The position numbers and the translations under genes were made by a program. Of a DNA stretch of 64,000 nucleotides, positions 9,722 through 20,636 are shown piece after piece. Source of the stretch: an uncultured Acidobacteriota bacterium (GTDB taxonomy: Bacteria; Acidobacteriota; Thermoanaerobaculia; UBA5066); NCBI GenBank assembly GCA_963779415.1, contig CAVZYA010000001.1, positions 1,984,001-2,048,000 of the forward strand, in the 5' to 3' direction. Position 1 is the stretch's first letter. Each line of letters starts with the position of its first letter. The notes under the pieces were generated by a model. It worked only from the letters and a program-made list of their open reading frames with translations, was not told where the DNA came from and did no database searches.

Positions 9722-11596
9722 TCAGCCGTCGCGGCGGTCGTCGCGCTTGACGTCGACGATCTCGCCGCCGAAGAGGTCGATCACCTTCTTCATCTTCTCG
9801 TCCTGCGCCGCCCGCTTGCGCAGGTTCTCGCGCTCGAGCGCGGCCGGGTCCGCCGCGGCGGCCGCCGCCGTCAGGTCTCCGGCCGGAGGCATCGCCCCTT
9901 CGACGGAGACATCGGCGCGGCGTCCGAGGAGGGCGAAGGCGGCCTCCTCGAGCACCTTCCGGACGGAGGGCTCGGTGAGGCGCTTCTCGATCTCGGGGCT
10001 CGGCGGATCGAGGACGATCCGGACGCTCTTCCCCTCGATCGAGATCGACGTGTCCTCGAGGACGGCGCCCAGCGTCGCGTGGCGCTTCTCCACCTCGGCC
10101 CGGTACGCCCCGCCCGGGTCGGGCGTGTCGAGGGGCTCGGGCTCGATCTCGAGCGGCGTCAATCCGACGAAGCGGGGGGCCGGGGGGTCTTCTGCTTTCG
10201 GAAGAGACGAAGAGCGCGACGGGGTGCGCCGGGGCGTTTCATGCAACGCGGGCGCGACGGGGGAAGGACCTCCGGGGGTTTTCTTGGAAGGGGAAGAGGG
10301 GGGAGGAGCAGGGGCGCCGTTCGAGCGCACCGTGCCTCCGCCGTCTATCCCGCTCTCTTTCTCTTTCTCTCTGCCCCTCGAAGATATCCCCGACGTCTCC
10401 CCCACCCCACTGTAGGTCGAAGCGCTCTCTTGAGCCGAAAGAGATCCCTCGATCGGAGTCTTCCCCGAGAGAATCTCCTCGATCGGCACGAGGCGCGGAA
10501 GCTCGGCCAGCTTGAGGAGGAGAACCTCGAGGGCGAGCGCCGGCAGGTCGGTCCGCCTGAGGAGCGAGTCCGCGTCTATCAGGAGCGAGAGCATCCGGAG
10601 AAGCGTCTGGTAGGGCGCCGACTTCGAAAAGGCCGAGAGCCGCGAGGCCGCGTCCTCCGAGAGGCCGGCCGGCGGTTCCGCGTTCGGGTCGACGGCGCGG
10701 CGGACGGCGCCGCGGACGAGGGAAGTCAGGTCGCGGAGGGTCGCGCGCGGGTCGGCGCCCGCCGCTTCGATGGTCGCGCATCCCCGGAGAACCGCCCTGC
10801 GGTCCCCTTCGAGGAGCGCCGCGACGAGAGAGACGAGCGTCGAGCGGTCCGGCGCGCCGAGGAGGGCATCGACGTCGGCCGCGGTGACCGGCCCTCCGGC
10901 ACGCGCGGCCGCCTGGTCGAAGAGGGAGAGCGCGTCGCGAAGGCTCCCGGTCGCCGCGGCGGCGAGGGCGGCGAGGGCGGCAGGCTCGGGGACCGGGATC
11001 TTCTCCCGGCGCGCCACCTCGGCCAGGCGCGCGGCGACCTCTTCGTCCGAAAGGCGCCGGAAGTCGAAGCGCTGGCAGCGCGAGAGGATCGTGGCGGGGA
11101 TCTTGTGCCTCTCGGTCGTCGCGAGGATGAAGACCGCGTGCGCCGGGGGCTCCTCCAGCGTCTTGAGGAGCGCCTGGAAGGCCGCCGCCGAGATGGCGTG
11201 GACCTCGTCGATGATGAAGACCTTCCGGCGGTCGCGGACGGGGGCGAAGGCGACCACCTCGATCAGGTCTCGGGCCTGGTCCACCTTGCCGTGCGTCGCC
11301 CCGTCGATCTCGAGGGCGTCGATCGAGCGCCCTTCGAGGATCTCCGTGCAGGAGACGCAGGTGCCGCAGGGGGTCGGCGTCGGGTGGTCGGACGACGAGC
11401 AGTTGATCGCCGCCGCGAGCAGGCGCGCCGTCGTCGTCTTCCCGACGCCGCGCGGGCCGGAAAAGAGATAGGCGTGGGCGAGGTGGTCCTGCGAGACGGC
11501 GTTCGTCAGGGCGCGGACGATCTCCTCCTGCCCGACGACGTCCGCGAACGACCGCGGCCGCCATTTCCGCGCCAGCGGCACGAAGGACTCCCCCAT
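9722..11596 (-). CDS. dnaX: DNA polymerase III gamma/tau subunit
   Basis: LARKWRP, GPRGVGKTT, PCGTCVSC, IIDEVH, LLKTLEEPP, TILSRCQ. Confidence 0.95.
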   Translation of the reverse strand: MGESFVPLARKWRPRSFADVVGQEEIVRALTNAVSQDHLAHAYLFSGPRGVGKTTTARLLAAAINCSSSDHPTPTPCGTCVSCTEILEGRSIDALEIDGATHGKVDQARDLIEVVAFAPVRDRRKVFIIDEVHAISAAAFQALLKTLEEPPAHAVFILATTERHKIPATILSRCQRFDFRRLSDEEVAARLAEVARREKIPVPEPAALAALAAAATGSLRDALSLFDQAAARAGGPVTAADVDALLGAPDRSTLVSLVAALLEGDRRAVLRGCATIEAAGADPRATLRDLTSLVRGAVRRAVDPNAEPPAGLSEDAASRLSAFSKSAPYQTLLRMLSLLIDADSLLRRTDLPALALEVLLLKLAELPRLVPIEEILSGKTPIEGSLSAQESASTYSGVGETSGISSRGREKEKESGIDGGGTVRSNGAPAPPPSSPSKKTPGGPSPVAPALHETPRRTPSRSSSLPKAEDPPAPRFVGLTPLEIEPEPLDTPDPGGAYRAEVEKRHATLGAVLEDTSISIEGKSVRIVLDPPSPEIEKRLTEPSVRKVLEEAAFALLGRRADVSVEGAMPPAGDLTAAAAAADPAALERENLRKRAAQDEKMKKVIDLFGGEIVDVKRDDRRDG

Positions 11597-11624
11597 TCCC
11601 CGACTCTACTAGAGAATTCCGCCG

Positions 11625-12405
11625 ATGAAGGCGGCGTGCCTCGCGCTTCTCCTCGCCGCGCCGGCCGCCGCGCAGTCGCCGTTCCTGACGGACGACGCGT
11701 CCGTCGCGCCTCGCGGCGGAATCCACATCGAGATCACGAACCGGTTCGACTCCCTCTCGCCGCACGACCTCCCGGCCACGAGCCAGTACACGGGGATCGT
11801 CGACTTCAAATGGGGGGCCCTCTCCCGTGTCGAGATCGGCTTCGACTTCCCGCTCCTCTGCGATCCACGGAAACGACCCCGGCCTGCCGCAGACGGTCAC
11901 GGGCCTCGGCGACCTCGACTTCTCGACCAAGGGGGTGCTGGTGCCCGAGACGGAGGGGCGCTGGTGGCCGCAGATCGCGTTCACCGTCGCCCTCGAGCTG
12001 CCGACCGGGAACCCCGACAACGGTCTCGGGTCGGGGGTGACCGACTTCGGCTTCAACCTGATCACCTCGAAAGAGGTCCTCGACGGGACCACCGTCTGCG
12101 CGAACTTCGGATTCACGTTGACGGGAAACACCCTCACCGGCGTCGAAGGGCTCCGACCCGGCCGCGGCGGGATCTTCACGGGAGGGCTCCTGCTGAAGAG
12201 GAGCGTCTCGAAGCGTCTCCAGCTCGGGCTGGAGGTGTGGGGCTCGGCGACGCAGGTGACCGTGGCCTACGGCTCGGAGCTTCGCGTCCAGGCGGGAGGT
12301 TCGTGGGCGCTCTCGGAAAGCGTCTCGCTGATTTTCTCGATTGCCGTCGGATGGCAGGCCAGCCCGCGTCTCGGGGGCTCGATCGGCGTCACGGCCGACT
12401 TCTAG
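11625..12405 (+). CDS. Secreted/outer-membrane beta-barrel-like protein (possibly MetA-pathway/phenol-degradation transporter family); frameshift near 11860
   Basis: Signal peptide, PFLTDDA, GLGDLDF, LPTG...GLGSG, C-terminal Phe; split over two ORFs. Confidence 0.55.
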
Positions 12406-12435
12406 AGTCCTCGAGGCGAATGCCGCCGGCGCCGC

Positions 12436-12546
12436 CCGATGAGTCCGGGCGCTCCCGCGGCGCACGGCCTGGCCTCCTTAGTGCTGCTTCCTTCCGGATC
12501 TGACACGGTTCGGAGAGGGACGTCGCGCGGGACCCGGACTCATCGG
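12436..12546 (-). ncRNA. ffs: Signal recognition particle RNA (small bacterial type)
   Basis: Reverse strand has GAACCGTGTCAGATCCGGAAGGAAGCAGCAC (domain IV motif); 14-bp terminal inverted repeat 12436-12449/12533-12546; lies upstream of dnaX. Confidence 0.9.
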
Positions 12547-12647
12547 ACGGCCCCGGGGCGGCGCAGTCTACACCTGCCCGCCGGCACCCGTCGCCTTGCC
12601 GCCGCGCCTCTTGCTGCAAAGCCCCCGGAGGGCTAAAACCCTTGTGC

Positions 12648-14802
12648 GTGTCCGACGGGCCACTTCGCGTTTTCTTCCTCTGGCATTTCCACCAGCCGTG
12701 GTACGCCGACTTCGCCGGCGGCCCGACCCACCTGCCGTGGGTCCGCCTCCATGCCCTGAAGGACTATGCGGACCTGCCGCTCCTTCTCTCGGAGGAGCCC
12801 CGCGTGCCGCACGCCTGCAACCTCGTCCCCTCGCTTCTCGACCAGATCGAGATCCTCTCGCGGGGAGGGAGCGACTCGTTTCTCGACGTGGCACGGACGC
12901 CGGCCTCCGAATGGGACGGCGAGACCGTCGCGTTCGCCCTGAACAACCTCTTCTCCGCGCACCCGCGGATGGTCGAGGCTTACCCCCGCTACGTCGAACT
13001 GAAGGCGCGTCTCATGAGGGGCGGCGCCCCGCTCGCGGCGAGCGGCCTTGCGCGCTCGTTTTCGCGGCAGGACCTGACGGACCTCGTCGTCCTCTTCCAT
13101 CTCGCCTGGTCGGGGCACGCGCTGAGGTCCGAGCCGCTCCTCGTGAAGCTGAAGAAGCACGGGCATGGCTTCTCCGAAGAGGAGAAGAACGCCCTTCTCG
13201 ACCGGCAGAAGGAGTTCCTCTCGGACGTCATCCCTGCCTGGAGACGAGCCGCGGCGTCGGGAACGATCGAGCTGACGACGAGCCCGTACCACCATCCGAT
13301 CCTCCCGCTTCTCATCGACACGTACTCGGCGCGGGAGGCGGTACCGGACCTCCCCCTCCCGCATGCCCGTTTCGCCCGTCCGGAGGACGCCCGGGCGCAG
13401 CTCGAGATGGGGATCTCCTGCTTCGAGCGGCACTTCGGCTTCCGCCCCGGAGGGATGTGGCCTCCGGAGGGCTCCATCTCCACGGCCGCCCTTGCGCTGA
13501 TGGCCGAGGCGGGGGTCACGTGGGCCGCGTCCGACGAAGAGGTCCTCCTCCGGTCGCTCGGCAAGAGCACGCATCTCTTCGGCGAGGGGGACAAGGCGCG
13601 CACCGTCTTCCGGCCGTGGCGCCTCGCCCACGGCGCCTCGCCCGTCCTCTTCTTCCGGGACCGGACGCTGTCGGACCGGATCGGCTTCTCCTACGCCACG
13701 TGGGATCCGGTCCTGGCCGCCGACGACTTCGTCGCGCGCCTTCAACGCATACGCACGGCGGCCGCCGGCGAGGACCTCGTCGTCCCGGTCATCCTCGACG
13801 GCGAGAACGCGTGGGAGACCTATCCGGAGAACGGGGCGCTCTTCCTCCGCGCCCTCGCGCGTTCGCTCGCCGCGGCGGACGGAATCACCGTCGTCAAGCC
13901 GTCGGACGTCGTGAAAGTCGACCGAGCCCCGAACGCTCCGCGAACCTCGTCGCGGGCTCATGGGTGGACGGGGATTTCCGGACCTGGATCGGCGCCCCGG
14001 CGAAGAACCGGGCGTGGGACCTCCTCGAACGCGTCCGCGAGACGCTTGCCGAAGGCGTCGCCGGCGCGCCCGCCCTCTCGCCGCCGGAGATCCTGCGCGG
14101 CGGTGCCCCCGGTCCCGCCGTGGCGAAGGCCGCCCTCTTCGCCGCCGAGGCGTCGGACTGGTTCTGGTGGTTCGGGGACGACCACACGTCGGCGCACGAC
14201 GCCGTCTTCGACGCGCTTTTCCGCGCGCACCTCGTCACGGCCTGCCGGGCGCTCGGCCGCCCCGTGCCGCCGGAGCTGGAGCAGCCGGTGGAGCGACGGC
14301 TCGCCGCTCCCGCCGTCGTCTCCACCTCGCCCATCTCCCCGCACATCGATGGGCAAGCTCCCGACTTCTTCGAGTGGCTGGGCGCCGGACACCACGCCGC
14401 GAGGCCCCGGGGAACGATGGAGCGCGGGATCGGTCCCCTGAAGGAGATTCTCTTCGGCGGCGACGCTTCGGGCGAGCGCGTCTTCTTCTGTCTGCATCCG
14501 TCCGCGCCCCCGGCCGACGCCTCGCTCGCGGGCAAGCGCGTCCGGATCGTCTTCGCGGCACTGGACGGCGAGGCCCCCGCGGCGCACGAGATCGCCCTCG
14601 TCCCGGGACATTCGGAGCAGGCAGGCGGCGAGCTGGGCCTCGCGCGCGTGGCCGAGATCGCCCTGCCGAGGCCCGGCACCGCGCGGGCGCTCCGTGGCGT
14701 TCCGACTCTTCCTCCTCGACGGCGAGGGACGCGAGCTGGAGGCGATTCCCGGAAAAGGACTACATCCGCTTCGAGACGGCCCGCGTCGACTGGAGCGCGT
14801 GA
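12648..14802 (+). CDS. Glycoside hydrolase family 57 (amylopullulanase-like); several frameshifts
   Basis: LWHFHQP, WVRLH, PYHHPILP, WPPEG, ILDGENAWE; continues in other frames as GSWVDGDFRTWIG and AEASDWFWW. Confidence 0.85.
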
Positions 14803-17678
14803 GCGCTCGCGGCGCTCCGTCTCCCCCGCTCCACGCGCTCCCGCTCGCGGAGGCGCTCGCGCAGATCGTCGGCGCCGGGCGTCTCCGCTCGCGCCCGATC
14901 GACCGGATCGCCTGGGCGTCCGACGCCAGCTTCTATCTGCTCGTGCCGGAGGCTGTCGTCCACGCGGGGAGCGTTGGAGAAGTGCAGGCCCTCTTCGCCC
15001 TCTCGCGCGACCGGAAAATCCCTCTCGTCTTCCGCGGCGCCGGGACGAGCCTCTCGGGGCAGTCGATCACGGACGGGATCCTCGTCGAGGTCGCCCGCGG
15101 CTTTCGCGGCCTCTCGGTGGAGGAATCCGGCCGGCGGATCCGCCTTCAGCCCGGCGTCATCGGCGCGCACGCGAACCGGGCTCTCGCCCCTCACGGCCGG
15201 AAGATCGGCCCCGACCCCGCCTCGATCGCCACCTGCACGGTCGGGGGGATCGTCGCGAACAACGCGAGCGGCATGTGCTGCGGTGTCGTCGAAAACGCGT
15301 ATCACACGGTCGCGTCGCTCACCTTCGTCCTCCCCTCCGGGACCGTCGTCGACACGGCGCGCCCGGACGCGGACGACCTTCTCCGCGACCGGGAGCCGGC
15401 GCTCTGGCAGGGGCTTCTCGACCTGAAGGCGCGGGTCGAGGGGGACGAACCGCTCGCCGCGCGGATCCGCGAAAAGTACCGGACGAAGAACACGACCGGC
15501 TACTCGCTGAACGCCCTGCTCGACTTCGCGCGCCCCGTCGACATCTTCCGGAACCTCCTCGTCGGGTCGGAAGGGACGCTCGCCTTCGTGGCCGAGGTGG
15601 TCCTGAACACCGTCCCCGATTTTCCGTCGAAGGCGACGGGGCTCCTCCTCTTCCCGAACCTCCATGCGGCCTGCGCGGCGATCGTCCCGCTCAAGGACGC
15701 CGGGGCGAAGGCGCTCGAGGTGATGGACCGGGCGGCGCTCCGGTCGGTCGAGAAGCTCGCCGGCGTGCCCGAGGTCCTGGCGACCCTTCCGGACGGGGCC
15801 GCCGCGCTCCTTGCCGAGTTCCAGGCCGAAGCGGGGACGGATCCCGCCACTCTCGCCGAGGCGGCTCGCCGCGGCGCGGAGGGGCTCGCGCTCCTCCACC
15901 CCGCGCGCTTCACGCGGGACGCCGCGGAGCAGGCGCGCCTCTGGGAGGTCCGGAAAGGGATGTTCCCGTCCGTCGGCGCCGTCCGGAAGAGCGGGACGAC
16001 GGTGATCATCGAGGACGTCGCCTTCCCGGTCGCGTGCCTCGCCGACGCCGCCGTCGACCTCACGTCCCTCTTCCGCAGGCACGGCTACGACGACGCGATC
16101 ATCTTCGGCCACGCGCGGGACGGGAACCTCCACTTCGTCCTTTCGCAGTCGTTCCGGGACCGGGGGGCCGTCGACCAGTACGCGCGGTTCATGGACGACG
16201 TCGTCTCGCTCGTCGTCGCCCGGTACGACGGCGCGCTGAAGGCGGAGCACGGGACGGGGCGGAACATGGCCCCCTTCGTCGAGACGGAGTGGGGGCGCGA
16301 GGCGTACGAGGTCATGAAGCGCCTGAAGGAGCTGGCCGATCCGGACGGCCTCCTGAATCCCGGCGTCCTCCTGAACGCCGACCGGCGGGCGCACCTCTCG
16401 AACCTGAAGCCCCTCCCCGCCGTGGAGCCGGAGGTCGACCGCTGCATCGAGTGCGGTTTCTGCGAGCCGCTCTGTCCCAGCCGCGACCTGACGCTTTCGC
16501 CCCGGCAGCGGATCGTCGTCCGACGCGCGATCCGGCGGCTGGAGGCGTCCCGGGACGACCGGAGCCTCCTCGCCGCCCTCGAGAGCGACTTTCCTTACGA
16601 CGCCCTCGACACCTGCGCCGCGGACGGCCTCTGCGCGACCGCCTGCCCGGTGGCGATCGACACCGGCCAGCTCACGAAGCGCTTCCGGGCGGCCCGCCGC
16701 TCGGCGTTCTCGCGGCGGCTCGCGGCCTTCGTCGCCGCGCATTTCTCCCGCGCGGAGCCGCTCCTTCGGACGGCTCTCCGTGCCGGCCATCTCGGCGAGG
16801 CGCTGCTCGGGGCCCGCACGGTGACGGCGATCGCGAGAGGGCTCCGGGCGATCGCCGGCGAGGAGGTTCCCCTCTGGAGCGCCGGGATGCCGCGCGCGGC
16901 GAAGACGTCGCGGCCGAAGACCGCCGCCGCCGGAGCCGGCGCCGTCTACTTCCCGGCCTGCATCTCGCGGACGATGGGAGCGCTTCCCGGCGAGCCCGAC
17001 GAGATGTCTCTCCAGGAAGCCATGGTCGCCCTCGCCGGTCGGGCCGGCCTCCCCGTCTTCATCCCCGACGACGTCGACGGGATCTGTTGCGGCGTCCCCT
17101 TCTCGTCGAAGGGATACGAAGAGGGGCACGCGATCGCGGCGAACCGGGCCATCGAGCGCTTCTGGCGCTGGTCCGACGGCGGCCGTCTCCCGCTCGTCGT
17201 CGACACGAGCCCCTGCACCCACGGCCTGCTCCACGCGCGCGAGTCGCTGACGGAGGAGAATCGTCGGAAGCTCGACGCCCTCCGGATCCTCGACGCCGTC
17301 GAGTTCGTCCACGACCTGCTTCTCCCGAGGCTGACGGTGACGCGGAAGGAACCCTCCGCCGTCCTCCACCCCGTCTGCTCGGTGACGAAGATGGGCCTCG
17401 GCAAGAAGCTCGGAACGGTTGCCGCCTTCTGCGCGGAGCGCGTCGTCGTCCCCCCGTCGGCCGGCTGCTGCGGCTTCGCGGGGGACCGCGGCCTGCTCTT
17501 CCCGGAGCTGACGGAATCGGCAACGCGAGCGGAGGCCGCCGAGGTGTGCGCCGCCGGCGCCGCCGGCCACTGGTCCTCCAGCCGCACCTGCGAGATCGGC
17601 ATGACCCGCGCCACCGGCGCCGTCTACCGCTCCTTCGTCTTCCTCGTCGAGAAAGCCACCAGGCCGCCGGTGGCGTAG
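14799..17678 (+). CDS. FAD/Fe-S D-lactate dehydrogenase-like oxidoreductase (FAD_binding_4 + 4Fe-4S + CCG domains)
   Basis: GAGTSLSGQ, GPDPAS, IIEDVA, GHARDGNLH, KAEHGTG, CIECGFCEPLC, CCG motifs. Confidence 0.9.
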   Translation: MSARGAPSPPLHALPLAEALAQIVGAGRLRSRPIDRIAWASDASFYLLVPEAVVHAGSVGEVQALFALSRDRKIPLVFRGAGTSLSGQSITDGILVEVARGFRGLSVEESGRRIRLQPGVIGAHANRALAPHGRKIGPDPASIATCTVGGIVANNASGMCCGVVENAYHTVASLTFVLPSGTVVDTARPDADDLLRDREPALWQGLLDLKARVEGDEPLAARIREKYRTKNTTGYSLNALLDFARPVDIFRNLLVGSEGTLAFVAEVVLNTVPDFPSKATGLLLFPNLHAACAAIVPLKDAGAKALEVMDRAALRSVEKLAGVPEVLATLPDGAAALLAEFQAEAGTDPATLAEAARRGAEGLALLHPARFTRDAAEQARLWEVRKGMFPSVGAVRKSGTTVIIEDVAFPVACLADAAVDLTSLFRRHGYDDAIIFGHARDGNLHFVLSQSFRDRGAVDQYARFMDDVVSLVVARYDGALKAEHGTGRNMAPFVETEWGREAYEVMKRLKELADPDGLLNPGVLLNADRRAHLSNLKPLPAVEPEVDRCIECGFCEPLCPSRDLTLSPRQRIVVRRAIRRLEASRDDRSLLAALESDFPYDALDTCAADGLCATACPVAIDTGQLTKRFRAARRSAFSRRLAAFVAAHFSRAEPLLRTALRAGHLGEALLGARTVTAIARGLRAIAGEEVPLWSAGMPRAAKTSRPKTAAAGAGAVYFPACISRTMGALPGEPDEMSLQEAMVALAGRAGLPVFIPDDVDGICCGVPFSSKGYEEGHAIAANRAIERFWRWSDGGRLPLVVDTSPCTHGLLHARESLTEENRRKLDALRILDAVEFVHDLLLPRLTVTRKEPSAVLHPVCSVTKMGLGKKLGTVAAFCAERVVVPPSAGCCGFAGDRGLLFPELTESATRAEAAEVCAAGAAGHWSSSRTCEIGMTRATGAVYRSFVFLVEKATRPPVA

Positions 17679-17687
17679 AATTTAAAA

Positions 17688-19073
17688 ATGAGACCTGACC
17701 CCGTTCTCTGGGCGCTTCTCCTTACGCTCGCCGCGCCGGAGACGCCCGAGCGGAGGCATGTTGTGGAGCGCGTTCGGTGTCTCAAAAGGCCGGCGGTTTC
17801 TTACGCGCTCTATCTGCCGTCTCACTATCCGGACGATCGGAGAATCCCGATCCTCATCCTTCTCGACGCGCGGGGGCGCGCGCTCGTGCCGCTCTCCCTC
17901 TTCATGCCGGCCGCGGAGGAGCGGGGCTGGGCACTCGCGAGCTCCTGGGACTCCCGGAGCGACGAGGACGCCAAGCCGACGCTCGAGGCCATACAGGCGA
18001 TCCGCCGCGACGCCCTGGAACGCTTCCACGTCGACGAGCGGAGGGTTTACCTCGCCGGCTTCTCGGGAACGGCTCGCCTGGCGATCTTTGTCGGGTTGAC
18101 CTCGGCTCGGCCGCCAGCCGGTGTGATCGCTTGCGGAGCTGGCTTCGAGAGGGATGTTCCCCCGAAACGGGAGATGCCGTTCGTCTGGTTCGGAACCTCC
18201 GGGACCCGTGACTTCAACCACGACGAGATGCTGGAGAGCGCAGCACGGCTCGAGGCGCTCGGTGCACCCCGTCGTCTCGTCGTTTTCGACGGCGCCCACC
18301 AGTGGCCGCCCCTCCCGGTGGCTACCGACGCCCTCACCTGGATGGACCTTCAGGCGATCCGCCGCGGCCTCGCTCCGCCGGACGAGCCGCTCATCGCCCG
18401 GCGGGCCGCCGCCGGGTCGGCCGCAGCCCGGCGTGAGGAGGCTGCCGGGAAACCTCTCGCGGCCTACCGCGAGTGGCGCTCTCTGGTTCGGGACCTTTCG
18501 GGACTTGCCGACGTCCGCCCGTTCGAGAAGGCGGCCGCGTTCCTCGAGGGCTCCTGGGAGCTTCGCCAGCAGGAGGGCCTCGAGCGCAAGGCGCTCGATG
18601 AGGGCCGGCGGACGCTGTCGCTCTGGGCCCGGACGCTTCGCCGGGCCCTGAACGCTTCACCCCCCTGGAGCGTCGAGAAGCTCGTCGCGGAGCTGGGCGT
18701 CGCCCGGCTCCGAAAGACGGCCGCCTCGGTGGGGGACCCCGAACAGTCGGAGGCTGCGGATCGCCTCCTCTCCGCCCTCCGGGTCCGGACCTCGTTCTAC
18801 CTTCCGGCGGAGCTTCGGGCCGCCGGCGATCTCCGGGGCGTGGCGCTCGCTCTCGGCGTGGCCGACGCCGTCCGACCCGGGGATCCCGAGGTCCTGTACG
18901 ACCTCGCGTGCGCTCGGGCCCTCTCCGGCGAGGACGCGGCCGCACTCGAGGCGCTCCGGAGGGCCGTGGCCGCCGGATTCTGCGACCGCCGCCGGCTCGA
19001 GACCGAGCCGGACCTGGCCCGGATGCACGGGGACCCCGGCTTCGAAGGGCTTCTCGAAGCCGCCCCGCGCTGA
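17688..19073 (+). CDS. Secreted alpha/beta-hydrolase-like protein with C-terminal TPR-like region
   Basis: Signal peptide; YLAGFSGTAR (GxSxx), FDGAHQW; YDLACARA helical repeat. Confidence 0.6.
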   Translation: MRPDPVLWALLLTLAAPETPERRHVVERVRCLKRPAVSYALYLPSHYPDDRRIPILILLDARGRALVPLSLFMPAAEERGWALASSWDSRSDEDAKPTLEAIQAIRRDALERFHVDERRVYLAGFSGTARLAIFVGLTSARPPAGVIACGAGFERDVPPKREMPFVWFGTSGTRDFNHDEMLESAARLEALGAPRRLVVFDGAHQWPPLPVATDALTWMDLQAIRRGLAPPDEPLIARRAAAGSAAARREEAAGKPLAAYREWRSLVRDLSGLADVRPFEKAAAFLEGSWELRQQEGLERKALDEGRRTLSLWARTLRRALNASPPWSVEKLVAELGVARLRKTAASVGDPEQSEAADRLLSALRVRTSFYLPAELRAAGDLRGVALALGVADAVRPGDPEVLYDLACARALSGEDAAALEALRRAVAAGFCDRRRLETEPDLARMHGDPGFEGLLEAAPR

Positions 19074-19074
19074 G

Positions 19075-19135
19075 CGATAACGGCGATAACGGGGTCGGAC
19101 GATAGCGGGGTCAGGTACCTATTTTATATTATAGG
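19075..19135. repeat. Short tandem repeats plus an AT-rich imperfect palindrome between convergent genes
   Basis: CGATAACGG, CGATAACGGGGTCGGA, CGATAGCGGGGTCAGG, then CCTATTTTATATTATAGG. Confidence 0.5.
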
Positions 19136-19142
19136 ACGTCCG

Positions 19143-20520
19143 TCAGCCGACGTTACCCGGGACCTTCGGCAGATGCGTCATCGCCTCCTCCACGGCGTGG
19201 TCCGGGTACTCGTAGTCCTCGAGAAGGCCGTGGTGGTAGCTCTGGTAGGCCGTCATGTCGAAATGGCCGTGGCCGGAGAGGTTGAAGGCGATGACCTTCT
19301 TCTCGCCCGTCTTCCTGCAGACGAGCGCCTCGTCGATCGCCGCGCGGATGGCGTGCGCCGACTCGGGGGCCGGGATGATCCCCTCGGCCTTCGAGAAGCG
19401 GACGGCCGCCTCGAACGTCTCGAGCTGCCGGGCCGAGCGGGCCTCGATGTCGCCGTTGGCGAGGAGGGCGCTCACCATGGGGGACATCCCGTGATAGCGC
19501 AGCCCGCCCGCGTGGATGCCGGGCGGCATGAACGTGTGCCCGAGCGTGTACATCTTCACGATCGGGGCCATCGCCGCGGTGTCGCCGTAGTCGAACGTGT
19601 AGCGTCCCTTCGTCAGCGTCGGGCAGGATGCGGGCTCCACCGCCATGATCCGCGTCTTCTTCCCTTCGGTCAGGTTCCTGTGGAGGAACGGGAAGGCGAA
19701 GCCCGCGAAGTTCGATCCGCCGCCGGCGCACGCGATGACGACGTCGGGGTACTCGCCCGCCATCTCCATCTGCTCGAGCGCCTCGAGGCCGATGACCGTC
19801 TGGTGCATCATGACGTGCCCCAGCACCGACCCGAGGCTGTATTTCTTCTTCCCGCCGCTCGTCGCGGCGGCCTCGACCGCCTCGGAGATCGCGATCCCGA
19901 GCGAGCCCTGCGAGTCCGGGTCCTCTTCGAGGACCTGCTTTCCGAAATGGGTGCTCTCGGTCGGGCTGGCGAAGACCTGCGCTCCGAAGTTCTCCATGAT
20001 GATCCGGCGGTACGGCTTCTGGTGGTACGAGACCTTCACCATGAAGACCTCGAGGTCGAGGCCGAAGAAGTTGCAGGCCATCGCGAGCGCCGACCCCCAC
20101 TGGCCCGCCCCCGTCTCGGTCGTCGAGCGCCTTCGTCCCCGCCTCCTTGTTGTAGAAGGCCTGCGCCACCGCGGTGTTCGGCTTGTGCGACCCGACGGGG
20201 CTGGCGCCCTCGTTCTTGTAGTAGATGTGCGCGGGCGTATCGAGGGCCTTCTCGAGGCGGAGCGCGCGGCACATCGGCGTCGGGCGCCAGAGACGGTAGA
20301 TCTCCCTGACGGGCTCCGGGATCTCGATCCAGCGCTCGGTCGCGACCTCCTGCATGACGATGTTCATCGGGAAGAGGACGCCGAGGAAGTCGGGCGTCAC
20401 CGGCTGGAGCGTGCCCGGGTGAAGAACGGGAGTCGGCGGGACCGGCATGTCCGCATTGACGTTGTACCAGGCCTTCGGGATGCGGGTCTCGTCCAGGAGG
20501 AATCTCATCTTGTCGCTCAT
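19143..20520 (-). CDS. trpB2: TrpB2-type tryptophan synthase beta-like PLP enzyme; frameshift near 20125
   Basis: IPKAWYN, WRPTP, GSHKPNTA, SLGIAISEA, GGGSNFAG, IHAGGLRYHG, PAPESAHA, NLSGHG. Confidence 0.9.
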
Positions 20521-20636
20521 CGGTTCTCCTTCCGACCGGCTGCCGGTGACCGTGCATTCTCCGACGGCGGCGGCCGCCGCGCCAGCCCCAGGGGCGGCGT
20601 GAGACCGGGAGGGCGAGCGTAGAATTCCGCCGCACC

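Noticed and set aside
12436-12546. Long inverted repeat read as a MITE or terminator
   Set aside because: Explained as the closing helix of SRP RNA.
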